Positions 28,723-38,430 of a stretch of 64,000 nucleotides of DNA are shown here, piece by piece. This stretch comes from Candidatus Latescibacterota bacterium (lineage in GTDB: Bacteria > Latescibacterota > UBA2968 > UBA8231), in NCBI GenBank assembly GCA_965203355.1, contig OZ241889.1, forward strand, positions 3,008,001 to 3,072,000, read 5' to 3'. The position numbers and the translations under genes are program-made. How positions within the stretch are numbered: the first letter of the stretch is position 1; every line of letters starts with the position of its first letter. The notes beneath the pieces were generated by a model that had not been told where the DNA came from, did not search any database, and saw only the letters and a list, made by a program, of their open reading frames with translations.

Positions 28723-30654
28723 CTAAGCTAACTTGGTGGGTAAATCGTATGTCGGCGCGTTTACATGCCTCGTCAAGCCAATTTCGAGGCGGATTTCAGT
28801 CCCCGGCGGCAAGGCCACTGTAAAGTGCGCGTCGTTTACGGCAACGCGCTGGGTCGCCTGCGCCACCGGCGGTGCCGCATAGCTTTCCACCGCGCCCGGG
28901 TACTCGCTCGCCAAGGTATTGTACGCGACCTCCTCAAACCGATGTTCCGCCAAGGTTCCGGCTTGCAGCAGCACGTTGCGGGCGTCTAGCGCACTGAGGT
29001 TCACCAAGTGGACCACGAGGCGATCCTGCTCCACGATCTCGACGAGCGCGGCCACATCCGCTGGGAGGCCCGGGCGTTTGCGCTCGGCGTCAAAATAGCG
29101 CAACGGAGCCATCAAGATGCCGCCATTGTACAGGAGCTGAGGTGCGCCCAAGGTTAGTTGGATGAGCGCCTCGGTGGTCACCGGGTTTAACTGCTGCCAC
29201 CAGTGGATGTGGTTGTCGCGCGGGTCGGTTTCGTCGCGGTGGATCAGGGCCATCCGCCGATAGACTTGCGAGAGTGCCGCTTGGAGAATCTGCACAGGAT
29301 AGTCGGGGTTTTCGCCTTTGAGATAGCAAAACCACGGCGGCTCGTGGTACGCGTCCTCTTTGTTGTGGAACGGCACGACCACGCGCCAGTCGTAGCGCTC
29401 TTTGGCGCGTAGCATTTCGAGCATTTCCCAATCGACCACGGCCCCGCTCGCGTTCCACAGTGCCGCCGGATACATGGCCGCCAGCGGCTGGAAGTCCGAC
29501 CACCCCTTGGCCCCATAGCAATAGGGCACCACAAAGCTTTCTTTGGCGTCGCCGAGGGCGGTCAACTGGCCGATCCAGTGCGCGCCCAAGCTCATCTCGA
29601 TTTGGCCCAAATCGGCCATCTTCCCCTGCTCTACAACCTTTCTAAGCTGAGTGCGGGGCAGTTCGAGATACTTTTCCTCGCCGGTCAACACATAGCCATG
29701 CGTCCCGGCCAAAATGGCCGCCATCGCGATGTTGTACAACCCGTGCGGCCACGTCCAGCCGTACATGCTTCCATACCAGCGGCCTTCCATGTATTCCCCA
29801 ACCTGCCCGCTCAGCCCCACGTTGTCGGGCAACAGGTCCCCATTGGCCGCGGCCCGTTCGAGCCACGCATCCACGTATTCGAGCAGCCAAGCGCGGTATT
29901 TGTCGTCGCCGGTCAAGTAGAAGGCGTTGGCGATCAGGGAAGTAACGTGCAGGTTGGCGGCGCAATCGCCCCGAGCCATGCGCTCCTTCATGGCCTGCCC
30001 CATGCGCCGCGCTTTGGCCGGGTCCTCGAGGTCGGCCGGCGTGTCAATCCCCTCTAAGTCCTCGTAGGGCAGCCCATAGCACGCCATGCCCGGACTGTAC
30101 CCATACGACGGCTCCTCGTCCTCTTCGTACAGCCAGCGCGGCCCTTTGCTGCCGTTGTGAGCGCACTTAATGATCTTGTGCTCTGGGTCGTAGTTGCGGG
30201 CCGCTGGATCTTCGTTGAGATAGAATCCGGCAAAGCGCCGCGCCCGCGCCCCATTCTCGGCGTGGGTCGGATCGGCCATGCACAGCAGGTAAAAGTAGAT
30301 GTAGCTCTCGCTCTGGTGGAACTGGTCGTAGCCGATCTCGTATTCCTTATCCACGTGGCCGTACTCGGCCATCAGCGCGGTAGTCGCTTCCCATTGCCGC
30401 TGCCCCAAGGCGAGCAAATGGTCGCCGCCGCCGAGCAAGTACAGCAACGGCCAGTTGTAGAAGCTTTCGTAGAAGTCGTCAGCCCCGTCGCGGGTGTGGC
30501 GCCGACCGTCGCGCCAGATCAAGCGGCCATCGGGATGGGTGTACTTTGCCAAGAATGGATGGACAGCGTCCTCCATCGTTTTGATTAGCTGGCGTTCGAG
30601 CACGGCCCAAGCCGGAGGCCGTACTAGTGGTACAGTGGCTTCAATCGCGAGCAT
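28723..30654 (-). CDS. Conserved hypothetical protein, probable helical-toroid (alpha/alpha barrel) enzyme
   Basis: 643 aa with host-like GC; DGADDFYESF.NWPL and NPV.TE.L.QL..G motifs; function uncertain. Confidence 0.65.
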   Translation of the reverse strand: MLAIEATVPLVRPPAWAVLERQLIKTMEDAVHPFLAKYTHPDGRLIWRDGRRHTRDGADDFYESFYNWPLLYLLGGGDHLLALGQRQWEATTALMAEYGHVDKEYEIGYDQFHQSESYIYFYLLCMADPTHAENGARARRFAGFYLNEDPAARNYDPEHKIIKCAHNGSKGPRWLYEEDEEPSYGYSPGMACYGLPYEDLEGIDTPADLEDPAKARRMGQAMKERMARGDCAANLHVTSLIANAFYLTGDDKYRAWLLEYVDAWLERAAANGDLLPDNVGLSGQVGEYMEGRWYGSMYGWTWPHGLYNIAMAAILAGTHGYVLTGEEKYLELPRTQLRKVVEQGKMADLGQIEMSLGAHWIGQLTALGDAKESFVVPYCYGAKGWSDFQPLAAMYPAALWNASGAVVDWEMLEMLRAKERYDWRVVVPFHNKEDAYHEPPWFCYLKGENPDYPVQILQAALSQVYRRMALIHRDETDPRDNHIHWWQQLNPVTTEALIQLTLGAPQLLYNGGILMAPLRYFDAERKRPGLPADVAALVEIVEQDRLVVHLVNLSALDARNVLLQAGTLAEHRFEEVAYNTLASEYPGAVESYAAPPVAQATQRVAVNDAHFTVALPPGTEIRLEIGLTRHVNAPTYDLPTKLA

Positions 30655-30760
30655 GATTTTTCCGTGGAAATGGGCTACTGCTTGATGGCCTTAATAGTCC
30701 AAATCAGTGAGGCTAACACCAAGAGTAAGGTTCGACCGGGATGAAGCAGGATCGTGCAGC

Positions 30761-31147
30761 TTAGTAGAGCTTTTGCAAAAACTCGGTAAAGTCGCTTGCT
30801 ATTTTGGTTGTGTCGTTGCTCTCGTGATCCCAAAAAACCACCGCATCAATCTGTCTGTCTGCTATACTAAAGGCGATGAGGTTTCCAAAGGGATCGCGGG
30901 CGATGGGAATTAGCTTATCATCAGCAATGGCCTGAGCTGTAGTAATCGTTTCCTCGAGATCAACCATGTAATCAAGGACGCATTCCCGTTGCCGTTCTGT
31001 ATTAAAGCGCTCCAAGGTGGGTTTGCCTTGGTTGCATTGCACAAGGGTTTCCTTGTAATCCGCCGGCAAGCTGACGCCGAAATGATCCTCAATTTTAGCC
31101 AACTGCCCTTCGGAGACGGGTACGACGTATTTCCATTCTAAGCTCAT
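30761..31147 (-). CDS. SMI1/KNR4 (SUKH) family immunity protein
   Basis: 128 aa; IEDHFGVSLPADYK, LIPIARDPFGNLIAF and VVFWDHE motifs; directly downstream of the nuclease. Confidence 0.9.
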   Translation of the reverse strand: MSLEWKYVVPVSEGQLAKIEDHFGVSLPADYKETLVQCNQGKPTLERFNTERQRECVLDYMVDLEETITTAQAIADDKLIPIARDPFGNLIAFSIADRQIDAVVFWDHESNDTTKIASDFTEFLQKLY

Positions 31148-31164
31148 AACACACCTTCTTTTGT

Positions 31165-31740
31165 CTAGCGGGCTGCGCGGCCACCACCCCAAATCGCACG
31201 GCCACCTATATGAAATACGCGGTCGTGTACGTTGGAATCGACCAGTTGCATGCGGCCCTCGTCTTGGTGGTGATGCCAAGTATATCCTTCGGGTTTATCT
31301 CCATTATCAATTTGCTCCCGTTGCCGCTCGGTGAATTGCTCTGGATCAACTGTACCATTTTTTAAGCCCTCTCGTAACTGCTCATTGCAGAACTTGCCCT
31401 GCTGATAATCGCTTTGTTGGTATAGATCTTCTGGGAGTTGGGTTTCATATGGGCAGTGTTCGGAGAAGTCGGGAAATTTCATAATTCTCGACTCGCCCTT
31501 TATTGTAACTTCTTGCTCCACAAAGGGAACACCAGAGGGGTGAATATCAAAGTGTTGCCGTAATGCATCGCGAAATGCTGGGTCTTGTAGCGCAGTCTCT
31601 ACATTCTGATCGACCACTTCCCAAGAGACTTCTTTCTCAATTGCTGACAGGGCCTCACTCAACTCTGTTGCTCCGCTCATCGAGGCTTCTGCTGTGGCTT
31701 CCGCAGCGGCTTCAGCAGCTATCGCAGTTTCAACAACCAT
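31165..31740 (-). CDS. HNH-type nuclease toxin (WHH / colicin-DNase-like domain) with short acidic N-terminal leader
   Basis: HPSGVPF, FPDF, LP..L...SD..Q...CN.QL and PEGYTWHHHQDEGRMQLV...H....HIGG..WGGG motifs. Confidence 0.9.
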   Translation of the reverse strand: MVVETAIAAEAAAEATAEASMSGATELSEALSAIEKEVSWEVVDQNVETALQDPAFRDALRQHFDIHPSGVPFVEQEVTIKGESRIMKFPDFSEHCPYETQLPEDLYQQSDYQQGKFCNEQLREGLKNGTVDPEQFTERQREQIDNGDKPEGYTWHHHQDEGRMQLVDSNVHDRVFHIGGRAIWGGGRAAR

Positions 31741-34700
31741 TACATCACTCGCCCTCTAATATCGGTAAGAATATCTCGTTTGATCGCTCGATCTTCAATA
31801 AGCAGCATTTTGTCTACTATTTGTATTTGCTCAATGTTCGTTTTCTTGGCCCGATATTCATTAATGATCTGAGTCGGCAAAATCTCTTTTATACGCTCTC
31901 GACCACTACAACCCAACCACTCGTCAAACTCATCCATGAATCGCCCACGATCAAACCTATCGCGGTCAATCCACAAGCGTTCAACAGCCTTTAAGACATC
32001 TTCATCAGGCGATTTTCTGCTTGCAAAGCCTAACCATTCGGAAAACAAGATACGGTGGAACCATTCGCGTAAGGCATGTATTGTGGTTTCTTCCTCTACA
32101 TACGTGAGTTGCTCTGTCTTTCTCGCCAACCTTATGGCCTCAGACAGCAATTCATCCATTTCAATATTTGACAAAAAAAGCGAACCAATAAGCCGCAGAG
32201 TAATCGCCTTTAAGTGCTGACTCTCTAGAAGACCGCTTTCGTGTAGTGCCAATTTCAAGGGCAAATCTGGATTGAGTTCCTTGGCCAAACTCTCAATTCG
32301 CCTATCCCCAATTGCATTATTTTGCAAACGATCAAAGATGGAGACTTCAACAGGTTTTGCCATCCCTTCTTTATGAGCGAGAGCCATCCCTGGAGAAAGT
32401 TGGTTCAGATAACGACACTCGTTTTCTTCCAATCCCAACCCCGTACCAACGGCGATCTGGTCGTCGAGCGAAACAAGCCTGTGAATAATTTTTGTATTGG
32501 TGTTCTTGATCACATCAGGGGCGATCTTGGTCGGAATCTGCTCTGCAACAATCACGCCTTGGCCATAGGATCGCATCTCAGCGATGAGATTACAGAAAGA
32601 CTCCACGGCCTTCCCTTTGGGATTGCCAAGCATCTCATTGGTCCGCTCGGTTTGGACGTTTTTGAGCAGTCGGTGCGCTTCTTCAATCACTAAAATGTGG
32701 CGCAGATCATCACTGGAACTTAGCTCGGTCTGACGAGCCAAAGATTGTCGGTACTCGCTCACGAGAGCGAGTATCAAACCCACAAAAAATGCCTTATCAT
32801 CATCATCGGAAAGCGATTCGAGTTCAAGCACGATGTTCTTACTTAGAAAGTCCTCTATATCAATTGCCTCATGAGTGTTAAAGAGAAACCCTTTAGCACC
32901 CACGGCCAATGATTCGAGGCGAGCGACAATCGCACTGCGGATATTGTCCTGCAACTCCCCTTTGTATTCCAATTCCTCTTTGACGTACCGATTGACCTCA
33001 TCGACCAAATTTCTAATCGTGGGAAATTTGAAGCGGTGTTGCCGACAATCCGCAAAGGTTTCCATTGTTACGGAATGGTGCTTGCCAGTCGTGAGATTCC
33101 AGCCACGCTCTCGGTAGATGTTGTAGATACATTTTTCTAGTATATAGGGCATGGGGCCATAAAGTGAGAAGCTGGCGTAAAAGATGGACTTGAGGTTGTC
33201 GATGTGCGTGATCAGCGACACCCCGGGCAGTACCATAAAGGGATTGTGGCGTATCGGTGCGACACCAGAGTCTCCAACCGTATAGACATTCAACTTGTCG
33301 TCGTATTTATTCTTAGCCAATAACCTGCGGTATTCACGCTTAGCGGATTCAATTACTAAGAATGGCGTATCAATGCAGTCCAGAATGCGCTTAACAGTCG
33401 TTGTTTTTCCAGATCCGGTGAGACCAGCAACGAAAATGTGTTTTCGGATATCGTCTTCTGATATTGTAAATTTAGAGTCTTTTACAATTCTACTGTGTTC
33501 GGCAATACGACCAATTGGATACCCTGATCGATCTATTGTATCTGTCAGGCTTAATACAGGTTTGACGCGAATATCGTAGCCGGGCACAGAATAAAGAGGC
33601 GGTGCCATGAGCAGCGCGGCTTCATCGCTCGACACAAGGGAGACCAGTTTGTTCCTAGCTGTAGAAGATTTTTCATCCCCCTTCTTGGGAATAAAAAGCG
33701 GAATCTCTTTTGATAGTCGACTAGAGACATTTCGTATCGGCAGAGCTTCGGGATCACCCTTGATGAGTTCTCCTGCTAGCGTACCAGATAATATCTTCGA
33801 AGCCGTAGGAGATGTAGTCGCATAGGTGATAAAACTTTCCCAAGTTCCAGTGTTGAGGCCCTTTCGCAATCGAGTGATCAATTTATCTGCGATATTTTCC
33901 AGCTCCATCGCAAGAGTATTTTGCTGTTCATAAGAAAGACTTTGACCAATACTCTCTGACCAGCCCTTAGTATCTGTTTGTGAACGACTTGAGGAATGGG
34001 ACGTTACTCCGCCTTTAAAATACCTAATAGCCCGCAATAATATATTGCGATTACTTGACTCACCCTCTGTTATTTGATCCGTACGGCTCTGATTTACACC
34101 TCTATTCTCATCAAAACCAATAGTCCTGTTTGCCAGAGCGTGGCAGCGATCTTTTAGTTCCATCAATTCGTGAATTTGTTGTACCACCTTGTACTTATCA
34201 ACTGGGCGAGAGACAATAGCCAAGAGAAACTCCTGACCATTCATACTCCTTATCACCGAAGTGAGATCAAAAACCTGCTTTTCTCCCTCTATTTTCTGCG
34301 TCGGGATACCTGTGAGGATGCCACCGTCTGTCTTTGTTCTTAGTCTATTTTTTATAATTCTCTCTCTCGACTCATCCAAAAATTTGATGCCTTTTCCAGG
34401 GTAGTTCCCCTGTACTTGTTCGCTAAATACATTCTTCACGTCATCAGGGCCGCTGACGCCAAGGAAAATGTCAACAGTACCACCACCTTTTCCCGAAATG
34501 ATCGTTGTAAGCGTATCGTAACCGGACTGGTAAGCAGCAATAATCACAGCTTGATGTCTTTTATAGATCACATCAGCCACGTCCTGAGTATCTACGGAGA
34601 CAGAAACTTCTTCAATGTGAAATAAAAAAATTGAATCGAGAAAGCTATCGATGTGATCGCAGTTCTGTATAGTGTCCTCTGCCAAGAGGTCCATATGTTC

Positions 34701-34808
34701 TGAGTCTATGGTCCAAGGTAGAAGCGCGGAGAAAATTTCGTTGAGTTCTTCTGCTCCTTCTTTTATGTGTTGGATATTTTGTCTATCAGAGGCTAATGTA
34801 TCATCCAT
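31740..34808 (-). CDS. Large HerA/FtsK/VirB4-superfamily ATPase (DUF87-like)
   Basis: 1022 aa; HIFVAGLTGSGKT (Walker A), LVIEEAHRLL (Walker B), EMRSYGQG....EQ.P and NTNTKIIHRL motifs; about 440-aa N-terminal extension. Confidence 0.9.
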   Translation of the reverse strand: MDDTLASDRQNIQHIKEGAEELNEIFSALLPWTIDSEHMDLLAEDTIQNCDHIDSFLDSIFLFHIEEVSVSVDTQDVADVIYKRHQAVIIAAYQSGYDTLTTIISGKGGGTVDIFLGVSGPDDVKNVFSEQVQGNYPGKGIKFLDESRERIIKNRLRTKTDGGILTGIPTQKIEGEKQVFDLTSVIRSMNGQEFLLAIVSRPVDKYKVVQQIHELMELKDRCHALANRTIGFDENRGVNQSRTDQITEGESSNRNILLRAIRYFKGGVTSHSSSRSQTDTKGWSESIGQSLSYEQQNTLAMELENIADKLITRLRKGLNTGTWESFITYATTSPTASKILSGTLAGELIKGDPEALPIRNVSSRLSKEIPLFIPKKGDEKSSTARNKLVSLVSSDEAALLMAPPLYSVPGYDIRVKPVLSLTDTIDRSGYPIGRIAEHSRIVKDSKFTISEDDIRKHIFVAGLTGSGKTTTVKRILDCIDTPFLVIESAKREYRRLLAKNKYDDKLNVYTVGDSGVAPIRHNPFMVLPGVSLITHIDNLKSIFYASFSLYGPMPYILEKCIYNIYRERGWNLTTGKHHSVTMETFADCRQHRFKFPTIRNLVDEVNRYVKEELEYKGELQDNIRSAIVARLESLAVGAKGFLFNTHEAIDIEDFLSKNIVLELESLSDDDDKAFFVGLILALVSEYRQSLARQTELSSSDDLRHILVIEEAHRLLKNVQTERTNEMLGNPKGKAVESFCNLIAEMRSYGQGVIVAEQIPTKIAPDVIKNTNTKIIHRLVSLDDQIAVGTGLGLEENECRYLNQLSPGMALAHKEGMAKPVEVSIFDRLQNNAIGDRRIESLAKELNPDLPLKLALHESGLLESQHLKAITLRLIGSLFLSNIEMDELLSEAIRLARKTEQLTYVEEETTIHALREWFHRILFSEWLGFASRKSPDEDVLKAVERLWIDRDRFDRGRFMDEFDEWLGCSGRERIKEILPTQIINEYRAKKTNIEQIQIVDKMLLIEDRAIKRDILTDIRGRVM

Positions 34809-34846
34809 ATTTCCACCGTCTTTTGTAGATCGTGTTGATGTTTCTT

Positions 34847-35485
34847 CTACGTCTGTTTTTCTGGTCTTACTTCGTCAAAAAGGGACACATATTCATCAAC
34901 AATCTTCTGGGCTTGGCTCTTGTACTTTCCTGCGATCTCATCAAGATATGCTTCCAACTGCTCAAAAACCTCTTTCTTGTTGCGTTTATCTACAACTTGT
35001 GGTAGGACGAAAAACATACCTGCCGCCGCAACGACAATACCAACTCCGGCAACAACGACGCCAGAATCCAGCTTAGGATACGAAAAAATGCCATGAATAA
35101 TACCTCCGATACCTGCGGCAGCAACGACACCAGAGGCCAGCTTGACATGCTTCTTCTTGGGCCAAACCTTCGGAGAAAAAGTGCCCATATCACTAATACG
35201 CGACGAGACTTTTTCTCGAATGCTCGCGTCATAATACCTGTTCTGATCGACTGGCTCCCAGTCCGAAATTTCCTCACGTGCATCCTTGTCCAGATACGTC
35301 AGCAAGGTTGTCTGTACAACACCGTTGCTATTCTCGATGCGAGCAATTAGCTCTCTGGAGATCCGAAATTCATACGTTTCGCCTTCCATGTTCCCTTTCG
35401 AATCAAGATCACGGAAATATGTCCTGATCTCTTGAATCAGATCTTCTATATCAGAGGATATTTTTTTTGAGTGGTCTAGTTTCAT
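34847..35485 (-). CDS. Hypothetical membrane protein (two Gly/Ala-rich TM helices flanked by helical regions)
   Basis: ATGA overlap with the dynamin stop; TMs LASGVVAAAGIGGIIHGIF and GVVVAGVGIVVAAAGMFFVL. Confidence 0.8.
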   Translation of the reverse strand: MKLDHSKKISSDIEDLIQEIRTYFRDLDSKGNMEGETYEFRISRELIARIENSNGVVQTTLLTYLDKDAREEISDWEPVDQNRYYDASIREKVSSRISDMGTFSPKVWPKKKHVKLASGVVAAAGIGGIIHGIFSYPKLDSGVVVAGVGIVVAAAGMFFVLPQVVDKRNKKEVFEQLEAYLDEIAGKYKSQAQKIVDEYVSLFDEVRPEKQT

Positions 35486-37575
35486 CTCAAATCTCCTTTG
35501 ACCTTTTTGCATCTTTGTATGCTGTCTAAGGTTTCTTTTTTTTTCAATTCAAGGTGTGAAATATCTTCTTTTAATTCTTCATTATTTTTTTTATTTCTTT
35601 TAAGATTTTCCATATACCTTTTTCGTTTTGAAAGTTCTCCACCGAATTCTCTCTTATATATGTCATAGAAATTGTTTATCATATCATTGATATTTTTCTG
35701 AATATCTTTCTCTAGTTGGTTTAAATGGTTTGTAAAATCTACTTTTAGATTATTCCATAGTTTTTTTGGTACGGATTTTTCTATCTTCATTTTCTTCTCT
35801 TGATTTTCCGCTTCTCTTATTAAGTAAGATATTCCAAGTGTAAAAATATCCCAAAAACTAAATGAGACGCCCTCTTCATCTTCGAATACTCTCAATTGTT
35901 CATCCTTATCACTTAGTGACTTCCTCATGGCTTTATCCCATATACTGTCCAAACTGATTTTTGGTACCGTTATGGAATAATCACCTTGTACTTCAATATC
36001 TCTATCTTCTACTATTTGTTTAAAATCTATCTGAAGTGAATCAATGAATTCTTTCATTCTATCGCTAAAATCGGCTCTCGATCTTTCCATATAAGATTTC
36101 ATTTGGTCTTCTATATGATCGCAGTTGAAATTAAATTCTTTTTGGTTTATTTCAGAAATGTATCCTTTTACTATCTGATGGATTTTATAGTAACATTTGC
36201 TATTCTTATCAGAAGCATAAAATTTTTCCCTTAGTTCAGTTATGAACCGATTATAATCAAGCTCCATTTTCTCCATTTCATCTGTCTGTTCCTTTATTTT
36301 TGATACGAAAGACTGAGGATATTCATACTTCTCTTTTAGGGGTTTTATCTTTGCGTCAATTCTATCGCAAAGAACTTCATATTGTCCTTTCATCCTCTCG
36401 GCAAATTGCTGCATTTGAATAGAAGCCGAATTCTGTGCGTCTTTCTTAATTCTTTCTCGAATCGGATCAAAGTTCGCCTGCTCTTCTAGTAACTTTAAAA
36501 ATTCATTACGGTCCCCGTCTGCATCCTCAAAGCAATTAGCCGTTATACGCTTTATTTTTTGATCTTCCTTGCGAACAGCTTTAACTTCGTCTATCGATTT
36601 GCAACAATAGAGAGACTCTCGTAGACACAACTCCGTCAGACTGTCTACAAAAAAGACGTTATTCGATCCGAGTTCAGGATAGTAATCGCAGGTTGCCTCC
36701 AACATTCTCTCGGCTGATTCCTCAGATTGGCTTCTATGAGTCAAGACCAGTATCAAACGCTCCTTGACCCTTTCGGGTAGTACATTATCCAAAGCATTGC
36801 GAAGTGCAGTACTCTCTTGTTGTCCTGCTTTGTGCAAATAGATAACCGCATCGGCTCGAAAGAGGAAATCCTTGGTTTGCTCTTCTATCCCACCAATCGC
36901 GTTGATCCCAGGTGTATCCACCATCCTGAAGTGCCTTAAATTAGAAGGGGTACGTGGATGACCGAGCGCAATCTTTTGCGGGATCTCAGCACAGGCAATG
37001 TTTTTCTTAATATACTCGCGGATTTTACCTGCAAATTCCCCCGCATCCAACCTGTGCGGATTCTCAAGGTTCGAATTGGCAATAAAATGCTCCAACTCTC
37101 CGTCCTTAAACACTGCCCTCCCCGCCTTTTTGCTGTAGTGCTCAGTCAAAAACCTGTTGACTTGAACGATTGGGATAGCACGATATTCCTCTTTGACCGC
37201 AGCGATATTTTTCAAAAAAGGTACCAATTCATTTTCGGGAGTCTTTAGATCGTCCTCAGCAACACGCTCCCCGCCATTAGCAAAAGTTACGCGAACTTCC
37301 TTTTTCTCGGATTTGTAAATTTCAATGATCTCAGAGGTCGCTTGCAGTGCGTCATACGGCAAAATAGCCTCTTCGAGCAAGGCATTGATGAAGGTCGATT
37401 TACCTGATTTCACCTCGCCCACAAACGCCAGCATAAACTTCTCTGCCGCGATATTCTCTTGCATTTCCTTAAGCCCTAGATCAACCTCATCCTCCGCTTC
37501 GTCGAAGGCTTCACATAAAGGCTTATAGAGGTCTAACAAAACCCGCCGATGTATTTCAAGTTGTGCGTAATCCAT
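35482..37575 (-). CDS. Bacterial dynamin-like GTPase
   Basis: 697 aa; G1 GEVKSGKS, LP....AT, G3 DTPG, ADAVIYL and G4-like THRS; long coiled-coil C-terminus with paddle-like FWDIFTLGISYLI. Confidence 0.88.
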   Translation of the reverse strand: MDYAQLEIHRRVLLDLYKPLCEAFDEAEDEVDLGLKEMQENIAAEKFMLAFVGEVKSGKSTFINALLEEAILPYDALQATSEIIEIYKSEKKEVRVTFANGGERVAEDDLKTPENELVPFLKNIAAVKEEYRAIPIVQVNRFLTEHYSKKAGRAVFKDGELEHFIANSNLENPHRLDAGEFAGKIREYIKKNIACAEIPQKIALGHPRTPSNLRHFRMVDTPGINAIGGIEEQTKDFLFRADAVIYLHKAGQQESTALRNALDNVLPERVKERLILVLTHRSQSEESAERMLEATCDYYPELGSNNVFFVDSLTELCLRESLYCCKSIDEVKAVRKEDQKIKRITANCFEDADGDRNEFLKLLEEQANFDPIRERIKKDAQNSASIQMQQFAERMKGQYEVLCDRIDAKIKPLKEKYEYPQSFVSKIKEQTDEMEKMELDYNRFITELREKFYASDKNSKCYYKIHQIVKGYISEINQKEFNFNCDHIEDQMKSYMERSRADFSDRMKEFIDSLQIDFKQIVEDRDIEVQGDYSITVPKISLDSIWDKAMRKSLSDKDEQLRVFEDEEGVSFSFWDIFTLGISYLIREAENQEKKMKIEKSVPKKLWNNLKVDFTNHLNQLEKDIQKNINDMINNFYDIYKREFGGELSKRKRYMENLKRNKKNNEELKEDISHLELKKKETLDSIQRCKKVKGDLR

Positions 37576-37635
37576 TGCCTAATTACCTCCTAAAGAACGT
37601 ACTTATTGTGCTGCGGTGGTCCGAAAGCGACTTTA

Positions 37636-37664
37636 ATTTTATAAATTGGCCGTCTAGAAGTCAA
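37636..37664 (-). promoter_or_regulatory. Sigma70 promoter of the dynamin-HerA-toxin operon
   Basis: Minus strand TTGACT (37664-37659), 17-bp spacer, TAAAAT (37641-37636); RBS GGAGGT 9 nt before the ATG at 37575. Confidence 0.75.
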
Positions 37665-37674
37665 TAGCCCCACC

Positions 37675-38430
37675 TCACCCCTTCCCTCCCTTCACACTCC
37701 ACACTGACCCGGTAGTATACGTATTCCGCTCCGAGCACAAAAACTCAATCACCTCGGCCACCTCCTCGGCATCTGAGTAGCGTCCGATCGGGTTGCCCGG
37801 ATCGCGCAAATGCTGCTCGTCAAAACGCGACACCACCATGTCGGTCAGTGCCCGCCCCGGCTCGACGCCGTTGACGAACACCCCCTGCCGCGGCCAAGCG
37901 TCACCCAGCGCCCGAATAAACGACCACACCGCCCCCTTGGATACCGAATACGGCACCTGATAGGTACTGCCGTTGCGCGCACCCGAAGAAATCGTCACGC
38001 AGCGCCCCCACCCCTGTTCAAGCATATGCGGGATCGCCGCCTGATGCGCGTAGTACACCCCGTGGACATTGATCTGCATGACCTTGGCAAACTGCGCGGC
38101 CGTCTGCTCGAAAAACGGCTTCTCCCACCCCAAGATACCGGCGCAGCACACGAGGATGTCCAGCCGCCCAAAAGCCGCCATCGCTTGGGCTACGGCCGCG
38201 TGTACCTGCCCCTCGTCGGTCACGTCCGTCTCGACAAAGAGGGCCTGCTGCCCCATCGCCTCGATCGCCCGCACCCTATCCTGCGCTGGTTCGGCCTGTA
38301 CATCGACAATGACAATATGTCGCCCGGCCTCGGCCAAGCGCAGCGCGGTCGCCCCGCCAATACCACACGCACCCCCCGTAATCAGGGCTACCCGCTGCTC
38401 CACCGGTGCTGCAAATCGCAAATGTGCCAT
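37675..38430 (-). CDS. SDR family oxidoreductase
   Basis: TGGACGIG, GRLDILVCCAG and YSVSK motifs. Confidence 0.9.
   Translation of the reverse strand: MAHLRFAAPVEQRVALITGGACGIGGATALRLAEAGRHIVIVDVQAEPAQDRVRAIEAMGQQALFVETDVTDEGQVHAAVAQAMAAFGRLDILVCCAGILGWEKPFFEQTAAQFAKVMQINVHGVYYAHQAAIPHMLEQGWGRCVTISSGARNGSTYQVPYSVSKGAVWSFIRALGDAWPRQGVFVNGVEPGRALTDMVVSRFDEQHLRDPGNPIGRYSDAEEVAEVIEFLCSERNTYTTGSVWSVKGGKG

Noticed and set aside
30700-37670. Island as a prophage, ICE or conjugative element
   Set aside because: No integrase, relaxase, VirB-like or phage structural genes, and I found no flanking direct repeats; only the compositional shift supports horizontal origin.
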